Of a DNA stretch of 16,168 nucleotides, positions 7,359 through 16,168 are shown piece after piece. Every line of letters starts with the position of its first letter. The stretch's first letter is position 1. Below the pieces are notes generated by a model, which was given only the letters and a program-made list of their open reading frames with translations, did no database searches and had not been told where the DNA came from. The position numbers were made by a program, and so were the translations under genes. The stretch is from the UHGV virus genome UHGV-0141345. One strand, written 5' to 3'. This stretch comes from a virus.

Positions 7359-7895
7359 ATGAAATCATTAACCCTCTTCAATCAACCAATTCGTATCGGT
7401 GAAGATGGCATGATCTGCCTCACTGATATGTGGAAAGCCAGTGGTAAAAGTGAATCTGAATCGCCTTACCACTACCTGCGAAACAAGCAGACCAAAGAGT
7501 TCTTAGCCGAGCTGGAGAAAAACCACGAATCTGTGGTTTTTACTGAGCGCGGTGTACACGGTGGAACATATGGCGGGAAGTTTGTTGCTTACGATTATGC
7601 GGCTTGGTTAAACCCCGGGTTCAAGTACGCGGCCTATAAAGTCCTCGATGACTACTTCACCGGAGAACTTCAGCATCGCAACAGCTTAAGTGCGCAGCTC
7701 AACATGAAATGTCATGAGTTTGACCAGAAGAAAGACATGGCGAGCTTCTGCGGACAAGGGCTGGCAGCATGGCGCTATACGAAGCCAGTGTTGGTCGCTG
7801 AGATTAACTCCCTGGCTAACCAGCTGCAGATAACGATCCCCGGGCTGTCCGGTATTTGCCGGTATGAAATTACCGGAAGGCGCGGTCGTTACTGA
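7359..7895 (+). CDS. KilA-N domain protein (second copy in window)
   Basis: 178 aa; KilA-N hallmarks (ICLTDMWKASGK, ERGVHGGTYGGKFVAYDYAAWLNPGFKYAAYKVL). Lies between the lysis cassette and cos. Followed by hairpin GCAGCCC/GGGCTGC at 7914-7936. Confidence 0.75.
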   Translation: MKSLTLFNQPIRIGEDGMICLTDMWKASGKSESESPYHYLRNKQTKEFLAELEKNHESVVFTERGVHGGTYGGKFVAYDYAAWLNPGFKYAAYKVLDDYFTGELQHRNSLSAQLNMKCHEFDQKKDMASFCGQGLAAWRYTKPVLVAEINSLANQLQITIPGLSGICRYEITGRRGRY

Positions 7896-8139
7896 GTAAG
7901 AGCAGGCATTACAGCAGCCCTTCACTGAGGGGCTGCGATAATGTGAGGAATAAAAAACCGGCAGGGGAAATCCATTGAAGATTTGCCGGTGGCAAAAGAT
8001 GGCCATGCTTTTAACCTTAGTAGCAGAGCTACGGAGTTCAACAACGACCGTCGCCGTTATCTTGCTGAAAGGCGTTTCAATGATTTTCATCAATTTATTC
8101 ATCAGCAATGGTGATAATCACTCTCATTTTGGCGGGTCC

Positions 8140-8330
8140 TTCCGGTGGGGTGGCCTGCCACGGGGCGGAAGGCGCGCAGGTTTTCGCTATTTATGAAAAT
8201 TTTCCGGTTTAAGGCGTTTCCGTTCTTCTTCGCCGTAACTTAATGTTTTTATTTAAAACACCCCCTGAAAAGAAAGGAAACGACAGGTGCTGAAAACGGG
8301 CTTTTTGGCCTCTGTCGTTTCCTTTCTCTG
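8140..8330. other. cos region: cosN-equivalent (~8163-8174) and cosB with R3, R2/R1 terminase-binding repeats
   Basis: The segment GGTTTTCGCTATTTATGAAAATTTTCCGGTTTAAGGCGTTTCCGTTCTTCTTCG...AAAGGAAACGACAG...CTGTCGTTTCCTTTCTCTG matches my memory of the lambda left end, ending at the Nu1 start codon. Perfect 15-bp inverted repeat GAAAGGAAACGACAG (8272-8286) / CTGTCGTTTCCTTTC (8312-8326) corresponds to R2/R1. The 12-mer at the cosN position is GGGCGGAAGGCG, not canonical GGGCGGCGACCT. Confidence 0.75.
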
Positions 8331-8351
8331 TTTTTGTCCGTGGAATGAACA

Positions 8352-8871
8352 ATGGAAGTCAACAAAAAGCAGCTGGCTGACATTTTCGGTGCGAGTATCC
8401 GTACCATTCAGAACTGGCAGGAGCAGGGAATGCCCGTTCTGCGAGGCGGTGGGAAGGGTAATGAGGTGCTTTATGACTCTGCCGCCGTCATAAAATGGTA
8501 TGCCGAAAGGGATGCTGAAATTGAGAACGAAAAGCTGCGCCGGGAAGTTGAAGAACTGCGGCAGGCCAGCGAGACAGATCTGCAGCCAGGGACTATTGAG
8601 TACGAACGCCATCGACTTACGCGTGCGCAGGCCGACGCACAGGAGCTGAAGAATGCCAGAGACTCCGCTGAAGTGGTGGAAACCGCATTCTGTACTTTCG
8701 TGCTGTCGCGGATCGCAGGTGAAATTGCCAGTATTCTCGACGGGATCCCCCTGTCGGTGCAGCGGCGTTTTCCGGAACTGGAAAACCGACATGTTGATTT
8801 CCTGAAATGGGATATCATCAAAGCCATGAACAAAGCAGCCGCGCTGGATGAACTGATACCGGGGTTGCTGA

Positions 8872-8897
<26 letters not shown>
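8352..8897 (+). CDS. Nu1: Terminase small subunit Nu1
   Basis: 181 aa; essentially identical to lambda gpNu1 as I recall it (MEVNKKQLADIFGASIRTIQNWQEQGMPVLRGGGKGNEVLYDSAAVIKWYAERD...). Confidence 0.97.
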
Positions 8898-12578
<3,681 letters not shown>

Positions 12579-12598
<20 letters not shown>

Positions 12599-13898
12599 TC
12601 TCCCGCATATTGCCAGCATGGCCTTTAATGAGCCGCTGATGCTTGAACCCGCCTATGCGCGGGTTTTCTTTTGTGCACTTGCAGGCCAGCTTGGGATCAG
12701 CCGCCTGACGGATGCGGTGTCCGGTGACAGCCTGGCTGCCGGAGAGGCACCCGCGACGCTGGCGTTATCCGGTGATGATGACGGACCACGACAGGCCCGC
12801 AGTTATCAGGTCATGAACGGCATCGCCGTGCTGCCGGTGTCCGGCACGCTGGTCAGCCGGACGCGGGCGCTGCAGCCGTATTCGGGGATGACCGGTTACA
12901 ACGGCATTATCGCCCGTCTGCAACAGGCTGCCAGCGATCCGATGGTGGACGGCATTCTGCTCGATATGGACACGCCAGGCGGAATGGTGGCGGGAGCATT
13001 TGACTGCGCTGACATCATCGCCCGTGTGCGTGACATAAAACCGGTATGGGCGCTGGCCAACGACATGAACTGCAGTGCAGGTCAGCTGCTTGCCAGTGCT
13101 GCCTCCCGGCGTCTGGTCACGCAGACCGCCCGGACAGGCTCCATCGGCGTCATGATGGCTCACAGTAATTACGGTGCTGCGCTGGAGAAACAGGGTGTGG
13201 AAATCACGCTGATTTACAGCGGCAGCCATAAGGTGGATGGCAACCCCTACAGCCATCTTCCGGATGACGTCCGGGAGACACTACAGTCCCGGATGGACGC
13301 AACCCGCCAGATGTTTGCGCAGAAGGTGTCGGCATATACCGGCCTGTCCGTGCAGGCTGTGCTGGATACCGAGGCTGCAGTGTACAGCGGTCAGGAGGCC
13401 ATTGATGCCGGACTGGCTGATGAACTTGTTAACAGCACCGATGCGATCACCGTTATGCGTGATGCACTGGATGCACGTAAATCCCGTCTCTCAGGAGGGC
13501 GAATGACCAAAGAGACTCAATCAACAACTGTTTCAGCCACCGCTTCGCAGGCTGACGTTACTGACGTGGTGCCAGTGACGGATGGCGAAAACGCCAGCGC
13601 GGCGCAGCCGGACGTGAACGCGCAGATCACCGCAGCGGTTGCGGCAGAAAACAGCCGCATTATGGGGATCCTCAACTGTGAGGAGGCTCACGGACGCGAA
13701 GAACAGGCGCGCGTTCTGGCAGAAACCCCCGGAATGACCGTGGAAACGGCCCGCCGCATTCTGGCCGCAGCACCACAGAGTGCACAGGCGCGCAGTGACA
13801 CTGCGCTGGATCGTCTGATGCAGGGGGCACCGGCACCGCTGGCTGCAGGTAACCCGGCATCTGATGCCGTTAACGATTTGCTGAACACACCAGTGTAA
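12579..13898 (+). CDS. C: Head maturation protease / scaffold C
   Basis: 439 aa from GTG 12579 with SD GAGGAGGA (12566-12573); sequence from V/MTAELRNLPHIASMAFNEPLML matches lambda gpC. The track ORF begins at 12444, but that extension overlaps the B C-terminus and has no RBS. Confidence 0.9.
13503..13898 (+). CDS. Nu3: Scaffolding protein Nu3, in-frame nested in the C 3' region
   Basis: ATG 13503 preceded by GGAGGG; in frame with C; product MTKETQSTTVSATASQADVTD... matches lambda gpNu3. Confidence 0.8.
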   Translation: MTKETQSTTVSATASQADVTDVVPVTDGENASAAQPDVNAQITAAVAAENSRIMGILNCEEAHGREEQARVLAETPGMTVETARRILAAAPQSAQARSDTALDRLMQGAPAPLAAGNPASDAVNDLLNTPV

Positions 13899-13907
13899 GG
13901 GATGTTT

Positions 13908-14240
13908 ATGACGAGCAAAGAAACCTTTACCCATTACCAGCCGCTGGGCAACAGTGACCCGGCTCATACCGCAACCGCGCCCGGCGGATTGAGTGCGAAA
14001 GCGCCTGCAATGACCCCGCTGATGCTGGACACCTCCACCCGTAAGCTGGTTGCGTGGGATGGCACCACCGACGGTGCTGCCGTTGGCATTCTTGCGGTTG
14101 CTGCCGACCAGACCAGCACCACGCTGACGTTCTACAAGTCCGGCACGTTCCGTTATGAGGATGTGCTCTGGCCGGAGGCTGCCAGCGACGAGACGAAAAA
14201 ACGAACCGCGTTTGCCGGAACGGCAATCAGCATCGTTTAA
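13908..14240 (+). CDS. D: Head decoration protein D
   Basis: 110 aa from ATG 13908 (SD AAGGGA); [12 protein letters not shown]...AISIV matches lambda gpD. The track ORF starts two codons earlier at 13902. Confidence 0.95.
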   Translation: MTSKETFTHYQPLGNSDPAHTATAPGGLSAKAPAMTPLMLDTSTRKLVAWDGTTDGAAVGILAVAADQTSTTLTFYKSGTFRYEDVLWPEAASDETKKRTAFAGTAISIV

Positions 14241-14257
14241 CCTGACCCTTCATCACT

Positions 14258-14282
14258 AAAGGCCGCCTGTGCGGCTTTTTTT
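14258..14282 (+). terminator. Terminator/attenuator-like hairpin between D and E
   Basis: Stem GCCGC (14262-14266) / GCGGC (14271-14275) extended by A-U pairs, loop CTGT, followed by T7 (14276-14282). Sits inside the late operon, so probably partial or stabilising rather than a full stop. Confidence 0.4.
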
Positions 14283-14295
14283 ACGGGATTTTTTT

Positions 14296-15321
14296 ATGTC
14301 GATGTACACAACCGCCCAGCTGCTGGCGGCAAATGAGCAGAAATTTAAGTTTGATCCGCTGTTTCTGCGTCTCTTTTTCCGTGAGAGCTATCCCTTCACC
14401 ACGGAGAAAGTCTATCTCTCACAAATTCCGGGACTGGTAAACATGGCGCTGTACGTTTCGCCGATTGTTTCCGGTGAGGTTATCCGTTCCCGTGGCGGCT
14501 CCACCTCTGAATTTACGCCGGGATATGTCAAACCCAAGCATGAGGTGAATCCGCAGATGACCCTGCGTCGCCTGCCGGATGAAGATCCGCAGAATCTGGC
14601 GGACCCAGCTTACCGCCGCCGTCGCATCATCATGCAGAACATGCGTGACGAAGAGCTGGCCATTGCTCAGGTCGAAGAGATGCAGGCAGTTTCTGCCGTG
14701 CTTAAGGGCAAATACACCATGACCGGTGAAGCCTTCGATCCGGTTGAGGTGGATATGGGCCGCAGTGCGGCGAATAACATCACGCAGTCCGGCGGCACGG
14801 AGTGGAGCAAGCGTGACAAGTCCACGTATGACCCGACCGACGATATCGAAGCCTACGCGCTGAACGCCAGCGGTGTGGTGAATATCATCGTGTTTGATCC
14901 GAAAGGCTGGGCGCTGTTCCGTTCCTTCAAAGCCGTCAAGGAGAAGCTGGATACCCGTCGTGGCTCTCATTCCGAGCTGGAGACAGCGGTGAAAGACCTG
15001 GGTAAAGCGGTGTCCTATAAGGGGATGTATGGCGATGTTGCCATCGTCGTGTATTCCGGACAGTACGTGGAAAACGGTGTCAAAAAGAACTTCCTGCCGG
15101 ACAACACGATGGTGCTGGGGAACACTCAGGCACGCGGTCTGCGTACCTATGGCTGTATTCAGGATGCGGACGCACAGCGCGAAGGCATTAACGCCTCTGC
15201 CCGTTACCCGAAAAACTGGGTGACCACCGGCGATCCGGCGCGTGAGTTCACCATGATTCAGTCAGCACCGCTGATGCTGCTGGCTGACCCTGATGAGTTC
15301 GTGTCCGTACAACTGGCGTAA
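14296..15321 (+). CDS. E: Major capsid protein E
   Basis: 341 aa from ATG 14296; MSMYTTAQLLAANEQKFKFDPLFLRLFFRESYPF... matches lambda gpE. The track ORF start at 14269 lies within the preceding hairpin. Confidence 0.97.
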   Translation: MSMYTTAQLLAANEQKFKFDPLFLRLFFRESYPFTTEKVYLSQIPGLVNMALYVSPIVSGEVIRSRGGSTSEFTPGYVKPKHEVNPQMTLRRLPDEDPQNLADPAYRRRRIIMQNMRDEELAIAQVEEMQAVSAVLKGKYTMTGEAFDPVEVDMGRSAANNITQSGGTEWSKRDKSTYDPTDDIEAYALNASGVVNIIVFDPKGWALFRSFKAVKEKLDTRRGSHSELETAVKDLGKAVSYKGMYGDVAIVVYSGQYVENGVKKNFLPDNTMVLGNTQARGLRTYGCIQDADAQREGINASARYPKNWVTTGDPAREFTMIQSAPLMLLADPDEFVSVQLA

Positions 15322-15323
15322 TC

Positions 15324-15350
15324 ATGGCCCTTCGGGGCCATTTTCTCTCT
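15324..15350 (+). terminator. Hairpin with UUCG tetraloop plus U-rich tail between E and FI
   Basis: Stem ATGGCCC (15324-15330) / GGGCCAT (15335-15341), loop TTCG, followed by TTTCTCTCT. Confidence 0.4.
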
Positions 15351-15362
15351 GTGGAGGAGTCC

Positions 15363-15761
15363 ATGACGAAAGATGAACTGATTGCCCGCCTCCGCTCGTT
15401 GGGTGAGCAACTGAACCGTGATGTCAGTCTGACGGGGACGAAAGAAGAACTGGCGCTCCGTGTGGCAGAGCTGGAAGAGGAGCTTGATGACACGGATGAC
15501 ACTGCCGGTCAGGACACCCCTCTCAGCCCGGAAAATGTGCTGACCGGGCATGAAAATGAGGCTGTATCAGCGCAGCCGGATACCGTGATTCAGGATGCGG
15601 CTGATCTGGTCACCGTTGTGGCACTGGTGACGCTGCATACTGATGCACTTCACGCCATCCGGGATGAACCTGTGGCATTTGTGATGCCGGGAACGGCGTT
15701 CCGTGTCTCTGCCGGTGTGGCAACCGAAATGACAGAACGCGGCCTGGCCAGAATGCAATAA
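15363..15761 (+). CDS. FI: DNA-packaging/head assembly protein FI
   Basis: 132 aa from ATG 15363 with SD GGAGGAG; MTKDELIARLRSLGEQLNRDVSLTGTKEELALRVAEL... matches lambda gpFI. Confidence 0.93.
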   Translation: MTKDELIARLRSLGEQLNRDVSLTGTKEELALRVAELEEELDDTDDTAGQDTPLSPENVLTGHENEAVSAQPDTVIQDAADLVTVVALVTLHTDALHAIRDEPVAFVMPGTAFRVSAGVATEMTERGLARMQ

Positions 15762-15772
15762 CGGGAGGCGCT

Positions 15773-16126
15773 GTGGCTGATTTCGATAACCTGTTCGATG
15801 CTGCCATTGCCCGCGCCGATGAAACGATACGCGGGTACATGGGAACGTCAGCCACCATTACATCCGGTGAGCAGTCCGGTGCTGTGATACGTGGTGTTTT
15901 TGATGACCCTGAAAATATCAGCTATGCCGGACAGGGCGTGCGCGTTGAAGGCTCCAGCCCGTCCCTGTTTGTCCGGACTGATGAGGTACGGCAGCTGCGG
16001 CGCGGCGACACGCTGACCATCGGTGAGGAAAACTTCTGGGTAGACCGGGTTTCGCCGGATGATGGCGGAAGCTGTCATCTCTGGCTTGGGCGTGGCGTGC
16101 CGCCTGCCGTTAACCGTCGCCGCTGA
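15773..16126 (+). CDS. FII: Head-tail connector/head completion protein FII
   Basis: 117 aa, GTG start with SD GGGAGG; MADFDNLFDAAIARADETIRGYMGTSATITSGEQSGAVIRG... matches lambda gpFII. Confidence 0.93.
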   Translation: MADFDNLFDAAIARADETIRGYMGTSATITSGEQSGAVIRGVFDDPENISYAGQGVRVEGSSPSLFVRTDEVRQLRRGDTLTIGEENFWVDRVSPDDGGSCHLWLGRGVPPAVNRRR

Positions 16127-16137
16127 AAGGGGGATGT

Positions 16138-16168
16138 ATGGCCATAAAAGGTCTTGAGCAGGCCGTTG
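16138..16168 (+). CDS. Z: Tail protein Z, 5' fragment (truncated by window end)
   Basis: ATG 16138 with SD AAAGGGGGA; first codons MAIKGLEQAV match the lambda gpZ N-terminus. Confidence 0.7.
   Translation, partial: MAIKGLEQAV

Noticed and set aside
7975-8196. 73-aa ORF across the cos region
   Set aside because: It overlaps cosN/cosB, has no RBS, and its Gly/Arg-rich product reflects the GC-rich cos sequence.

Overview
This window is a mosaic lambdoid prophage or phage segment running on the + strand from the end of the early-right (nin-like) region, through a Q antiterminator and lysis cassette, across cos, into the head-morphogenesis genes. The nin-like part (52-3623) is not lambda-like: phage Dam-family adenine methyltransferase, a LexA DNA-binding-domain-only protein, RusA resolvase, a KilA-N/antirepressor-like protein, a DUF968-like Cys/His protein and a short Q-like antiterminator. 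A low-GC accessory island (3624-5907) follows, with a convergent lipoprotein gene, a small winged-helix ORF and a second, beta-class DNA methyltransferase. From 5908 onward the genes closely match my recollection of phage lambda: S, R, Rz/Rz1, then cos (8140-8330), Nu1, A, W, B, C/Nu3, D, E, FI, FII and the first codons of Z. A second KilA-N gene sits between Rz and cos. The most interesting items are the two-gene winged-helix plus orphan methyltransferase pair in the Q-S island, the catalytic-domain-less LexA homolog coupled between Dam and RusA, and an apparent ~40-bp replacement spanning cosN. All lambda comparisons are from memory; no database search was run.
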